Part shown: positions 11,456-24,209 of the stretch, one piece after another
How the letters are laid out: each line of letters starts with the position of its first letter
How positions within the stretch are numbered: the first letter of the stretch is position 1
DNA from: Hydrurus foetidus
Taxonomy: Eukaryota
Reading direction: 5' to 3'
Length of the DNA stretch: 53,640 bases
Assembly (NCBI GenBank): GCA_900617105.1
Contig: UYFQ01000754.1
Location: 1-53,640 of the forward strand
Notes under the pieces: model-generated
What the model was told of the DNA's origin: nothing
Database searches by the model: none
The model's input: the letters and a program-made list of their open reading frames with translations, nothing else
Made by a program: the position numbers and the translations under genes

Positions 11456-13047
11456 TGCTCAATCTTCTGCGGAGTCGTCACCTCTCAATGTATGTGATGA
11501 TTGATGAGTGCTCATCTGGCATCATGCATGTGTCAATCGTGTTCGATATGAAAATTATTTCGACATACACTGTTTTCTGGGAAATTCTGTATTGGCCCCG
11601 AAACTCTGTATCCGGAAATACAGAGTTTCAAAACTCGGTTTCCGCCGAACGGACTCTAAATTCATTTTAACCGACCCAAGGTCAGTGTATTTAGACCGTA
11701 CATGCACGTACAACTATTGTGATGAATTTCTACCAGGCGGGGCTCCAAATTGACTTGGTGAATTCATACTCGAAAGGTGGCTTCATTACAAGAACTTTTT
11801 ACAAGATTACGACGTTGTTGGATGTTCTAGGTAGCTCTAGCAACTTCTTTGCACCCCGATTGTTGTGCAGCTCTGAAACTAGAAAAATTGAAGATAGGTT
11901 TCTCCTGTAATCTGTGTTTCTGATAACTGATTTTCGCGTAGAATGCCTCTCAAGAAGCGTGGTTTGCATGACTTGACGAGTCGTCAATCAGACAGTAATC
12001 ATTGAATAGTTGGTCATCAGGTACGAATGCAAAATTTCATCACTGCAACATCTTCAACTCATTCTTCTATGGTCGAAAAATGATCAGTACAGAATGTATT
12101 CAGTCAAAAATCACCCTGCATATAATCTAAAACAGCTGATAGCGTTGTTCAGAATGAAATTTGACCTTTCAAATCATTCTGAAACAAATTTATTACTGTA
12201 GGCGCGAAAAGTCGATGTTAGCCGAGCTGTGATGTTCTCTCCAGCTTCGGAGAGCGTAGGTCTTCGAGCTCATCAGGTGAGAAAGTCCTCGAGAAATTTG
12301 ATATTGAACTCACTTTAACTAGGATTTCACTTCTGAAAATTGATCTCATCTTCAAATGTACCTGACAATCCAGGGCGGAAATTGTGGAGCAATCGGAGCA
12401 GCGTCTCAAGACGCAGTCTCGGAGAGCAGAGTTAGGTAGTACATATTACACGTAAATACACTTGCATTTTCTGAACTTCAGTGGCATCTAAAAAATTTAA
12501 AACTAATTGCATATTTTGAACTTTATTCTTATGGTTAAAAACATAAAAAATCATTCAGAACGATTCAATGACACGCGCAATTACATTTTCTCAAAATACA
12601 CTCTGTAAGAAGTATTCTTGGGGATCAGTCACGGTGATTCTATGTATCTGCCGAAATTGATCATGATTAATCTGAGAATATTTCTTATTTCTGAAAAGAA
12701 ACAGGATGTCTCATGCAATCACTAATCAAATTAAACACGTTGCGAGAAGATTCATCATCAAAATTATTTGGCAGAAGTCATCCGCCTCAAAGCCTACGGC
12801 AGTTACGGTCGGTTCGTTATGCACAGCATATACACCAAATTATTGAAAATGCACGTACGCCGTACGCCATCGTACACACTGGTAATTACTGCATTTCAAA
12901 TACGCCGCGCGACACCGCTGTATGCCGTTCCAGTTCGAGTTCAAGAGTTGAATAAATCTTGTATCAACCATTTCTAGAGTGAAATGAATAACTAATGCCT
13001 AATGCGCCATCAATGCAGTTAGGAAAAGTCCGAACGAAACGTCGCCT

Positions 13048-15547
13048 GTGTTCGAGGACACGTGGGCAAACGAAATAGAAAATTACCGTGAAACTAAACA
13101 AGCCATGAGGGTAGCAGTATACAGTCATTCAATAGCACCATCAATAGATGGTGTCTGTAGGCGTTTCACCGGGTTACTACAGGAATTATCTGATCAAGGT
13201 CACGATCTTCTATTGTTTACCCTTGAGAGTTCTCCGGAAGATTTGCCGATAAAGTTGACCGATTGGGTAACTTTAGAGCACATGGGCATTCCCAGTTATC
13301 CTGAGAAAAAAATTGCAATGCCAACAGCCTCATCATTGTTAAAAATATGGAGCGCCTTGGCAAGGTTCAAACCAGATGTAAGAATAGAGCAGCTGTCGCG
13401 ACGTCGCAGATCGATCCTTTTTCCTTTTTCTTTCACTCGACAGTATTATGTAATAATCTGAGTGTCTGAATTGAAATGGATCTAGGTTGTCCACGTTACC
13501 TCCGATGGATTTTCACCTTCATTTGCCCTCGTCTGTTGGTTTCTGGGCATTCCAATCGTTGGATCCTTCCACACCGACGTTAGGGATCTCCTCGTGTTGA
13601 ACAACGCGAATTCGTTTCAAATTTGCGTCTGTGCATTTAAAGAGAAGACAGATTCATTCATACTAAACTCTTGTGCAACGACCTCGATATCATTTTCCGT
13701 AAGTACATCATGTGCTGACATAGATCAATAGCTTTATCGGAATGAATCGAATTACTGCGACAAAGCCACAGTTTTCTCCGCCGCATGTGTACACTAACCA
13801 CTTCTTCTTTTCCGCAGGCAAAGCTTAAGAGACAAGGCCTCATTTGCGATCATGTGATTATTACAGCTGTTGATACGAACACTTTTAGCAAGGAAAAGCG
13901 CAACAGGTACTCGAACGAATGAATCCGACACATGAATATTAAGTTGTTTTTGTCTACCCTTTCGTGGGCCTGTCTGTATTACCATTTAGCTTCAATTCTA
14001 GAAAAGCCATTAGCCGTGGACTGCAATTCAACTGAACTCCGCACTCAACTGAAATGCAGCTCGCTCCGATCTGAAATGCTTTTTGGAGACACGTCCCCTG
14101 GGGCTTTTTTGTGTGTGTATGTTGGTCGTATTTCGCGTGAGAAACGAATAGACGTTATCGCCGAGGCCGTGAAAAACATCCCAGGCGCATATCTGGCAAT
14201 TGTGGGTGACGGCCCACTCGCTGCTTATTATGCCGCAATGCACGGTAAAGATAACCGGATCTACTGTAAACCCGCCTTCCTCAGTCACGCAGAGTTGGCA
14301 GAGGTGTACGCATCTGGGGACATCCATATTAGCGGGTCCCAATTCGAGACGTTAGGAAACACGGTGCTGGAAGCGTTTGCGTGTGGGGTGCCTGTGGTGG
14401 TGCCTCGCTGTCAAGGGTTCTGCGACACAGTGGAAGACACCCTTGACGGCTATTTGTTCACTCCTGGCAGCAGCAGCAGCGCTCAGCAGTACATCCAGCT
14501 GCTGAAAGACGACCCTGTGAAAAGAGCGGCGATGGGGGAGTACGGAAGAAAGGTGGTGGCTACACGCACCGTGTCCCATGTTGTGAAGGATCTTGTCGGC
14601 TGGTACAGGCAAGGCATGGAGAAGCACAGCAGAACTTCTCTCATAGCCAAGATTATCGCCTTGGCGACATTGCTGCCCACCGTGCCCATAGTTATCATTG
14701 CCGGGTGGGGATATGTGCAAACGGTGAGTAACGGTTAGAAACAGCCAGATATATTGTTTATTGACTGAGTCGTTGAATGACCTCCGTTGAATAGACCAGC
14801 TGACTGACTTGTGGATGGACTGATACACTGGCTTACTAATCGACTGTCGGACTGATGGATACACCGACTGATAAATTGACTGATGGATGGATGCACTGAC
14901 TGACTGACTGACTGACTGACTGACTGGCTGACTGATACACTAACAAATGGATGGATGGATCGATGGATGGATGCACTGACTGACTGACTGACTGACTGTA
15001 TTTCTGATGCTGTGTTCTCATGCACCTCCATTGATACGCGCCTTCACGAGAATTCAGTGCAACTCAATTGTAACCTACTTGTTTTCAGTCCGTCACACCA
15101 TTCCCCCTTCCCTCGCCTTGACTTGAAGATATCGTGCTACGCATCACATTCGAACTCAAAGTATTTTACGAAATCACTCTTAAGTGCAATAGTTCACAAG
15201 TCCTGACATCTTCTCACTGAATTACATTATCTTAGATGGCCATATTATTGTCCGTGTTCGGCTACTCCCCGATTCAAAAACATCCCTCAGTCCCCTCGAC
15301 CCCACACACAACCCCAGTGGCAGAACCCCTCACTCCCGACAGTGAAAGCAAATTAGAAAACGAAAAAAAGGGAAGCATGAATGAAAATCCGATACCATTA
15401 CCAGCCGTCATATCTTCAGGGATGGATGATTTAAATAATAGCGACATCATAGGTAAGGTAGAAGAGACAGCGAGGCGGAGAAAAACAAACAGCAGCGGCT
15501 ATGCAGCAGAAACAGAAGATCAAAGAGCGACAACTGATGCGCAGTAG
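13048..15547 (+). CDS. GT4-family glycosyltransferase, sulfoquinovosyl-diacylglycerol synthase (SQD2/SqdX)-like; multi-exon, 5' end uncertain
   Basis: MRVAVYSHSIAPSIDGV N-terminus, FKPD|VVHVT, GSFHTD, VYVGRISREK, SQFETLGNTVLEAFACGVPVV (EX7E), C-terminal hydrophobic segment. Inferred exons ?-13377, 13486-13698, 13818-13906, 14060-14723, 15236-15547 join in frame at GT-AG sites. Confidence 0.8.
14790..15000. repeat. Compound (ACTG)n/(GATG)n microsatellite in intron
   Basis: Runs of ctgactgactga and gatggatggatg inside the 14724-15235 intron. Confidence 0.9.
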
Positions 15548-16619
15548 GTGACGCAATAGCCGACACGATACGATACGATATAATCACTTTCTCTCCTGGC
15601 TTAATGTCTTCTATCCACATGCCCAGCTGAGCCATCATGCGTCTCCCTCGATGTATTCCTCTGTCACCTAACACTTAACACTCGCTACTACCCTCTCTCC
15701 ATCAGTGCACTCCCTTCCCCCCTCGTATTCCCTGCCCCATTTCCCGCTGTTACTTGACTCACCGTCTTACTACTACTCCCCTTCCCTCCCTACTCTCCCA
15801 TTATATCTTTTTAGCTTGTGTACTCATTGGCTTGATTCACTCTATCTCCCTTCAAATCTCGATAAGCGAAACGTCTCACGTCTACTGCCCATCTCTCCAC
15901 CCAATGCTGTCACCCTACCTCCTTTCCTTCATTTTGACTGTATTCACGACAGTTGGATCGTATTTCAAACTACTCAGGTCTCACTCTGTAGACATAGAAC
16001 GGCGGCAAATCATGCGTGTTCTATCGTAGTTAAGCTTAGCCTACTTCTGCCAACTCTAACGATGTAGTGCCGATGAAGGAGAGGGAGAAAGAGAAAGATG
16101 TGTTAACCGCATGTCAGTCAATTAAAAAGGCTTATTTGTAATATCCCATAATGATACTCCATTCCATACATGTCAAGGAGCGATGAGAATTTCTTAGCTC
16201 CATCGAATTGCAGCTTTTCACGGCAGCTGTAGAATCCGAAGTTCTGCATTTCAAGCCAAAAGCATTCTTTATAGAAAAACGCTATGAAGTGAACTTCTTA
16301 GCTCCAAAATGGAATCACCTACGACAGTAACACGTATTCAATAAACTACAGAACACCGAACACGAGACAACGTTCCAAATTATATCGGTAACTTGACTGC
16401 TACCGCTACTTCCGGTGAAGTATTAGAATGTCGTACCTAATATCTGAGATTAATTTAATCAGATGATTTTTGAAATTCGCCGTACAGTATGGGCATGATG
16501 CATGATGGGTACGTAATTATATTAAACCCATTAGCAAGGTCACATTCTCATCAACAGGAGAAAATTGCCTGGCGTATCTTGGTCTACCATCTCCGAATAA
16601 ATCTCATCTGTAGCATATA

Positions 16620-17780
16620 ATGAGCAATTTTTTGGATGTTTCCCTAGATTCGCTAATAGAGGCAAAGGTGAAAAGTGATCGTGGTGGCGGCAGAGGAGCT
16701 GGACGAGGTGACAGGAGAAACTCGGGCGGACGAGGAGGTTCCACGAGACCCAGTTCTGCGAAGGATTCGTCACAATCGAGGGGATCTTCTCGCGCGATAG
16801 CAACAGGCCAATCATCGTCTAGAGCCACAAACAATAGAATAAGTGCATTTACGAATTTCGGGCATGCAAGAAGGGAGGAGCAAGTCTCACAATTGAGACA
16901 GCCGTTCGATAACAAGGGTCCTCCAGTGCGTATGAATCAGAATCAGGGTAATGAGCGTAGAGAAAAAATACAACAAGCTCCGATGACAATTATTGCACCT
17001 GTTGCAAGTGGGTCATCCATATTCGACAGGCTGGGTAATGGCAGTGCGTCAGCATCAGGGACCTCGGTCACAATCTCAAAACTAAACAAGGATATCGGTC
17101 CGAAAGACATTTCTGAGTTGTGCGTCACAATTGGCGAGGTCAAATCTGTGAACATGCGATACGACAGCAATGGTAAATCCACCGGCCAGGCAGATGTTAC
17201 TTTTAGTAAAAGAAGTGACGCAGTATCATGCGTGGAACGCTTCAACAATGTTTCTCTCGACGGAACTCCTATGCTTGTACGCTTAACAGGGGAGCCTGCG
17301 GCAGTCGCAGCTAGCCATGACTCAACGTCATCGACATCGTTTGTGCCTGTGTCCAACAACGTTAGGGAGGGTCTCTTCGGAACCGCTTTCGGGGGGGAGG
17401 GGATTGAACACAAGGCGGAACAATCAGTGAGACTCAATGAGCGGAGGGCGCCCAGGGATCCATCCTTCTCCGTGACGATGCGTGGAGCGGCAGGCCATTC
17501 AAGTCAGAATCAGGGCCAGAGTAGAGTCCAAGTTCAGAGCAAGCGTCGCGATGAGCATGACGATCGCGGTGACGATGCAACACCACAAAGTAGCAGCGTG
17601 AGAATAGCTTCTTCCAACAGGTCATCTGGGAGGGATTCGAATGGAGGGAGGGGCGCGGGTCGTGGAGGGCGAAAGGGGGCGGGGGCGGGGGGAGGGAGGG
17701 GAGCTAGAGGGCCTCCCGTTGATGAAGCTGACTTGGACTCGGCCATGGACACTTATATGTCCAACAAACAGATTCAATAG
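16620..17780 (+). CDS. THOC4: ALY/REF (THO complex subunit 4)-like mRNA export adaptor
   Basis: N-terminal LDVSLDSLI box, RGG-rich arms, central RRM (VNMRYDSNGKSTGQADVTF...FNNVSLDGTPM), C-terminal EADLDSAMDTYM box. Confidence 0.85.
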   Translation: MSNFLDVSLDSLIEAKVKSDRGGGRGAGRGDRRNSGGRGGSTRPSSAKDSSQSRGSSRAIATGQSSSRATNNRISAFTNFGHARREEQVSQLRQPFDNKGPPVRMNQNQGNERREKIQQAPMTIIAPVASGSSIFDRLGNGSASASGTSVTISKLNKDIGPKDISELCVTIGEVKSVNMRYDSNGKSTGQADVTFSKRSDAVSCVERFNNVSLDGTPMLVRLTGEPAAVAASHDSTSSTSFVPVSNNVREGLFGTAFGGEGIEHKAEQSVRLNERRAPRDPSFSVTMRGAAGHSSQNQGQSRVQVQSKRRDEHDDRGDDATPQSSSVRIASSNRSSGRDSNGGRGAGRGGRKGAGAGGGRGARGPPVDEADLDSAMDTYMSNKQIQ

Positions 17781-18652
17781 AACTGGAGGCAGTTCAATTG
17801 ATCTGATTGCACTGCACTGCAGACAGAAATGATATGACAGAAAAGGAAATAGAAGGAGGGAATGGGAATGGTTGGTAGACTAAGGTGCTGTAGGCATAAA
17901 ATTCTCGAGATTGAGCGGTGTCCGCTGTATGAGATGAGGGGAGAGGCGGCACGCTGTATCTCATCATTTTTGTTTTTTATCACACGATTTTATCTAACCA
18001 GTGAATATTTTGAACAGTTAATTTCTTATTCCGAAAATTGATCACTTGCTGCACTGCTTATTATCGAATTTCGCGGCAAGTTGCATGATAATTCTCATAC
18101 ACTGCAGTGTAGACCAGTGCGTTGATGATGCTTAGCGCCTCTCGGTACTGGACAGTACAGTGTACAGACCGTATAGAATGTGCAGTATACCATATACCGA
18201 ATCAACGTCATCTCACTGGCAACATGGACTCCGATCCTGCATGATACAGAACACAGAAGTGAAGTGTTATCATTTTTATGTCCTCCTGAATATTGCCAGG
18301 TCTTCGAAGATTGAACCATTGAAGCTGCCTTTGATTGCATCCAATTTCACACCGATCACTCTGATGATGTGGGACCAACAGAGGAAAACGCTTTGTTGAT
18401 TAGTAGCAGAATCTATTTCGGTAACTGCACAACGGATGCGTTGGTTCATTAGGAGCTATAAAAAGTTTAAAATTGTGAGCTATAGGGGTCTAATCTGTTA
18501 ACTAAGATTAGGAGAAGCAGTACTTTCATTCCTATAGATTGTAATAACTCAAGAGCTGGATAGTACAGCATTCTGTGACGGGAGAACAGCATTCTAAACA
18601 TGTAAAACTTCACGGGAGAGAAAAACGGAGGCTGCACGGATGAAATTGAGGA

Positions 18653-19402
18653 CTAATTGTACAGATCGAAATTAACAGGCAAGGCAGCGACATCAAGAAT
18701 GTCGTCCACCATAGCGTTAGCAATTATTATGGGGTTGACATCTCGTACGCCCAATCCAAGTAGATCCATGACGGGCTTCACACGAGTCGAAAATGCGAAA
18801 ATGTAGAATACGTAAGACTTCAATCCAGGACCTTTGGAGCACGGCTCGTCATACATAAACTTGCTAACATGTTTGTCGGTTGTATCGAATTCGACTGTCC
18901 CGGCAGCTATTCCGTTCACACTCTCTGCCTCATCGAGGTGATCGAGGGTTGTTGAGATATTGTAAACTCCCCAGCTATATCCAGATGTTTTCCACATAAC
19001 AATCATGAAATCTTCTGCATTTTGAGGGACGTGAGACCAATTCAATGGCGGCGAAACACCAGTGTCATCACCAAGCTTGCATGTGTACTTGTCCGGCAAA
19101 GTCCCGTTGTAGCCAAATGCAGCACTACCGAGCTTAAAAGCACCCCTTGTCTGTTGACCGTAAATTTGGCCGAAATCTCGCATTTCTCTGAGGTTTGGAG
19201 ACTTCACATTGGCTCTAACATTTATGAAGCCCAGTGAAACTACAGCCGCCAATATAGATGCCACGGTGATGAAGAGCGCTAAACCAAATTTCTTGTAGTA
19301 TTTGGTTGATGGTGCCTCTCCACCGTTGAGATATACCAAATCGCTGTTATCACTGTCGAACTTTTCATCTGGTATGCTCTCATACGGATAATCCCGTGGC
19401 AT
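18653..19402 (-). CDS. PEBP/YbhB-YbcL-like protein with N-terminal transmembrane anchor
   Basis: FKLGSAAF..NGTLPDKYTC...GVSPPLNWSHVP...WGVYNI...YDEPC..GPG..YVFYIFA matches the YbhB/YbcL pattern; TM helix FGLALFITVASILAAVVSLGFI. Confidence 0.75.
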   Translation of the reverse strand: MPRDYPYESIPDEKFDSDNSDLVYLNGGEAPSTKYYKKFGLALFITVASILAAVVSLGFINVRANVKSPNLREMRDFGQIYGQQTRGAFKLGSAAFGYNGTLPDKYTCKLGDDTGVSPPLNWSHVPQNAEDFMIVMWKTSGYSWGVYNISTTLDHLDEAESVNGIAAGTVEFDTTDKHVSKFMYDEPCSKGPGLKSYVFYIFAFSTRVKPVMDLLGLGVRDVNPIIIANAMVDDILDVAALPVNFDLYN

Positions 19403-19730
19403 CGTGGGTTATACTCAAGTCAAGCGATCCAAACGAGTCAAATATCACTTTCTCTTGAAAGCTTCTGCATAGAGATCGATCGAACCACAGTAAACTGTAA
19501 ACGGCCTGATATTTTCAGTGCTTGAAATTTTGGTTTCAGTAAAACTTTGCAACCTGCAGCAATATACCGTATACCGTACAGTAGAGTACAGAATACAAAC
19601 TACAGAATACTGTAATGGCTGCTGGCAGATTAGTGACTAGAGATTAGATCATCTATTATCTGTGAAAACATGATCATAAAGCTTGAACTGAGCTGCAATT
19701 CCATCTTGATGCGGAAACGGGCTTTTCAGA

Positions 19731-21809
19731 ATGATGAGCCTTCCAACTCTTCTGCTGTGTCAACTACTTCTTTTGACTCAGTCACTCAAATTTGGACCAC
19801 GAACAACCTCAAAGTACCAAACATCTTTGAATGTAAGGCGCACATCAACCGAGACTGGGTTTCTATCAGATCAGTTCGGTGAGAAAGATTCCCTTGATAA
19901 GAGACCAAACTACATTCATCGTGCCCAAGTTACAGAAGACGATCCGAAAAAGCTTCTTGAGTTTGTGCATACTGTTTTTCCTGACGTGAAACGCACGCAA
20001 GCAAAGCAATGGCTTCAATACAGTTCTTTACTGGTGAATGACGAGCCACAAGCTAAGTTTGATCTACCGCTACGGCTAGGGGACTGGATATCCGTGAGGG
20101 GAGGCAAATTTAGAGGCGAACAAAGATCAGGTTCTAGTGGTGAGAGACCTAGGAAGACGTACGGTGCGTTACCAAATGGTTTGAAAATTCTGTACGAGGA
20201 CGAAGCGTTGTTCGTTGTCGAAAAACCGCCCGGTATTGCTGTATCATCATCGCAACAAGTTAGTCCCTCAAATGCTCGGCGCGACCCAAAAGCTGTCAGC
20301 AATACAACTGATGTTCTTGATCAAGCAGCAGTAAGGGCAAAACAAAGAAAAGATATTCCGATTAAGAGCAACTTGAAATCTGTACATAGCATAGTGAGCA
20401 GCTTTCTTGGAAAGAGAGCTGGCAGCAGTGAGTCCAAGGTGTTCGTAGTCAATCGGCTCGATGATGACGTGTCAGGTCTGGTTCTCTTCGCCAAGTCAGC
20501 TGCTGCAAAGGAATATCTTTTGAAAAATTGGAACTCATTCGGGGTTGCACACTACGTGCTGTGTGAGGGCTTGATGTTCCCCCAGCAAGGGACTGTAAAG
20601 ACGTATATTGATGAAGGAGAATCTGTTGTTGTTTGTTCGCAACAAAAAGTTGAAAGCAGTAGTGCAGATACCACTCCTGACACTCCTAGTGCACGATCCA
20701 ATCCCATCCGCCTTGCTGTGAGTCATTACCGCACAATAGAGAGTTTCTCAACCAATCCGTTTAGCGTTGGTGCGCCAGCGGTTGTGACGGGTGCGAGAGC
20801 AGCAGCGGTGAGGACTAACTGTAATACTTCTCACTGCATGTACTTTTCCTATGAATCGCATTGTGTCTTAATTGCAATTAACTTCTCTTCCAACATTGCA
20901 GTAATTGCATATTTAGTTACGCTTAATTTTCTGACACTGTCCTACTCCGTGGTTATTCTGTTTTTTAATTGGTGATATTGATCTTTTACTTGCACCACTT
21001 AGGGTCGCCATGTGAGTTTGCTCGAAGTATCTCTAGAAACGAATCGCAGAGATCAAATGAGAGCACAACTCGCTTTCCTTAACCATAGCGTGTGCGGTGA
21101 CTACAAATATGGCCCCCTTTCTAGCTTCGACTCTGTCACCAATGGTGTGGAGGTCGGGCCACAGTCAGGGATATCAATCGAGACACAGACAGACATAGAT
21201 GTAGAAAGAGAGGTAAAAGACATAGCAGCAAGGAGAGCCTTTTCAGCTGCTTCCGCGAGTGAGATAGAGAGTGCAAGTGAGAGTAGTAGTAGCAGCGACT
21301 TCATGGCGGTGCACGATCCTATACGGAGACTAGGGGTGCATCTGTCCGAGCTGAGGATCTCCCACCCACTCACCAAAGACGCACTCACACTCACGAGTGC
21401 TTGTCCCAGTGCGTTCACAGACTTCATGAGGAGGTCGTCAGGCGCATCCAGTAGCACTTCCTTTGCCGACAACTATCAGACAAATCCTGCTGTGGGTAGT
21501 AAGGGGAAGGAAGGAGTCAAGGAGTTGAAGAAGCTGGCTGATAGAGGTGAAGAGGAGGGGGATGGGGACGGTCATGTGGACTCCCTGCAATCGGGGTCTG
21601 ACAAGCACATTGCGGAGAGCGCCACTAGCAGTAAAGTGAAGGTATTCACTCTCACTGAATTCCTAGCAAAGAGCGGTGGCAGTGGCGCTAGTGCTGATAG
21701 CGGAAGCGATGCATCGCAGGGGAAGGGGAAGGGGAGGCGCAGGACATCCAAAGATAATGACTTCGAAGCTAGAGCGAAATCCATATCTCGCCCTCCGAGG
21801 AGGAAGTGA
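19731..21809 (+). CDS. RluA-family pseudouridine synthase-like protein, probably plastid-targeted; intron 20808-21002
   Basis: Signal-peptide-like N-terminus, S4-like region, ILYEDEALFVVEKPPG, VVNRLDDDVSGLVLFAK, LETNRRDQMRAQLA..HSVCGDYKYG, RLGVH..EL...HPLT; phase-0 GT-AG intron joins the two ORFs. Confidence 0.85.
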
Positions 21810-22205
21810 TTATATTAATCTGATGTCACTGCTTCTCACTTTATCAATAAACCCTGCAACCACTGCTTCATTATTAAGAACAGTTTCTCTAGTTGTGCCT
21901 TGCCTTCATCAGACTTTTCAACTCCATCGACTTGGAATAGGCCAACTGTCACAGAAGCTACTGAAAAGTCGCACTGAACTTAACAGCACGAACGTACGCG
22001 CGTTCTGTGTGATCTGTGGGTTGCAAGGAATATATATTATACGGAATACCACAATGTTCCAACTTCCCTCCAACACCAGCTCGAGCTCGCCAGAGTAGAA
22101 ACCATCAGTGTCGCTGATCAGATGCAGAGTATTGTCCTCCGTCATATCTCCTGTAGCTTCTGTGAGAAATTAAGAAAGCAAATTCTCATTTTATAAGTGA
22201 TAAAA

Positions 22206-24209
22206 ATGTTTCTCAGGGGATGTCGAATTAGTTATCTTGCGTCTGTAAAGGAGCTTTCCATTCGAAACTGCGTTCGGCCAACCGCATCGATCGCCTCAAG
22301 AACCACTTCTTGTGCAAATGCTGAGATTAAGAGTGCAATGGCTGACAGGGACAGCTCTAACGCAGATGTGCTTTTCTCGGGATATCATGAGCCCAAATCT
22401 ACCCTGTCGCTTAAATTTCATGTTGAAACTTATGGTTGTCAGATGAATTTATCAGATACGGAAATAGTTCGATCTATTCTGATATCAGCAGGACATACAG
22501 AAACAGCATCAGTCGACGATGCAGAGATCATCTTTCAGAACACATGCGCCATAAGAGAAAATGCTGAAACCAAAATCTGGAACCGACTGAAGTACTTCAA
22601 GGGGATGCGGCGGCGCAGTAAGCGGAAAGGCTATCCGAAAGTAGGCGTGCTCGGTTGCATGGCAGAGCGCCTGAAGGAGAAACTATTTGAAGACGAGGCT
22701 GTAGATTTAGTTTGCGGGCCGGATGCATATCGAGACCTTCCTCGTTTGCTCGACTCAGTGCTTTCTTCTGATCAGAAAGAGGCGAACACCCAACTTTCCT
22801 TCGAGGAGACATATGCCGACATAAATCCTGTCAGAGTAGCTGCATCAGGGAGTGCATTTGGTGAGCATCTCTTTTTCTTTCGCTGACATTATTCTCCGAC
22901 ACAAGCTGGGAACTAATCATTAGATTTTGCAATGTCAGTTTCGATCATGAGAGGCTGCAATAACATGTGCAGTTTCTGTGTGGTTCCTTTTACCCGAGGG
23001 AGAGAACGCTCTAGGGATGCAAAGAGCATTATTTCAGAGATAGAAAGGCTAGTACGGGAGGAGGGATTAAAAGAAGTGGTGCTGCTCGGCCAAAACGTTA
23101 ACGGCTTCCACGACACATCCTCCGACTCTGCCTCAGAATTCCCTGAGAACACCCAGTACAACGCGTCATCTGAGGGCTTTGTGAACCTATTTCAGTCGAA
23201 GAAAAAGGACCTGCCTGGTGTGCGTTTCTCTGACCTGTTGTTGAAGGTGGCGGACATCTCCCCCCATCTGAGGGTCCGGTTCACCAGTCCGCACCCCAAG
23301 GACTTCCCCCCCGATGTGCTTGCAGCGGTGGGCAGTCGCTCCAACATATGTGCCTCCCTGCATCTGCCTGTGCAGAGCGGCAGCACGTCCGTGTTGGCGC
23401 GTATGCGTCGTGGGTATTCCCGAGAGGCCTATCTGGACCTGGTGCATGCTGCGCGAAGAGAGATACCGGAGCTACGGATATCCACGGACATTATAACTGG
23501 ATTTTGCGGGGAGACAGAGGAGGAGCACAGGGACACACTGCTCCTGATGGAGGAGGTGAGGTTCGACCAGGCATTCATGTTCGCCTATTCCTCGAGAGAC
23601 AAGACACACGCTGCGAGGACCATGGAAGATGATGTGCCTGCGGAAACCAAAGGGCGCAGACTTAAAGAGATCATCGAAGTGTTTCGCCGCAGGGCCATTG
23701 AGAAGAATAGGGAGTTGGAGACAGGAGCCGTGCACCTCGTGCTGGTGGAGGGTCTGAGCACGAGAGCGAGTGCAGAGCGACCCACCTTCACAGGCAGGAC
23801 AGACGGCAACCAACGGGTGGTGTTCGATGTCCCGACTAGACCTGTTAGTGAAGGGCAGTCCCAATTCATCGTCAATCAGTTCGACCATGTTGAAGCTGCT
23901 AAGTGGGACACGAATCACGTATCGCGCGATGTAGTGCTGGAGATGCTGGGAGGGCTGTCACTCTCCATCTCCTCTCCCTCGCCCATATTACGCACAGATT
24001 ATAGCATGGAAAGTGACGATAGCACAGTAGTGACAGACATTGCAATAGCTGATAGTGATGTGGAGGCCCTCACAGGCAAGTACGTGGCTGTGAAGATAAC
24101 CAATGCGGACAATACTACTCTGGGGGGAGTGTGTCTGGGAGAGTGTAGCATAGAGGAGTGGACGGAACGACTGAACACCTTACGTCATAATGCTGCTAAT
24201 CATCCCTGA
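22206..24209 (+). CDS. CDK5RAP1: tRNA 2-methylthio-N6-isopentenyladenosine synthase (MiaB/CDK5RAP1), likely mitochondrial; intron 22861-22938
   Basis: UPF0004 cysteines (TYGCQMN, NTCAIRE, VLGCMAE), radical SAM CNNMCSFC, LLGQNVN, RFTSPHPKDF, LHLPVQSGS, STDIITGFCGETEEEH, TRAM remnants. Splicing restores SAFVSIMRGC. Confidence 0.95.

Larger units (their letters stand above)
8859..11656. mobile_element. PIF/Harbinger DNA transposon (decayed, full length)
   Basis: Perfect 14-bp TIRs gagtccgttcggcg / cgccgaacggactc; TAA TSD at 8856-58 and 11657-59; subterminal ctgtatt/aatacag repeats; convergent Myb-like and DDE transposase genes. Confidence 0.95.

Noticed and set aside
19731..24209. Adjacent RNA-modification genes (RluA-like and MiaB) as a functional cluster
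   Set aside because: Likely different organellar targeting; adjacency in a gene-dense eukaryotic region is unremarkable.
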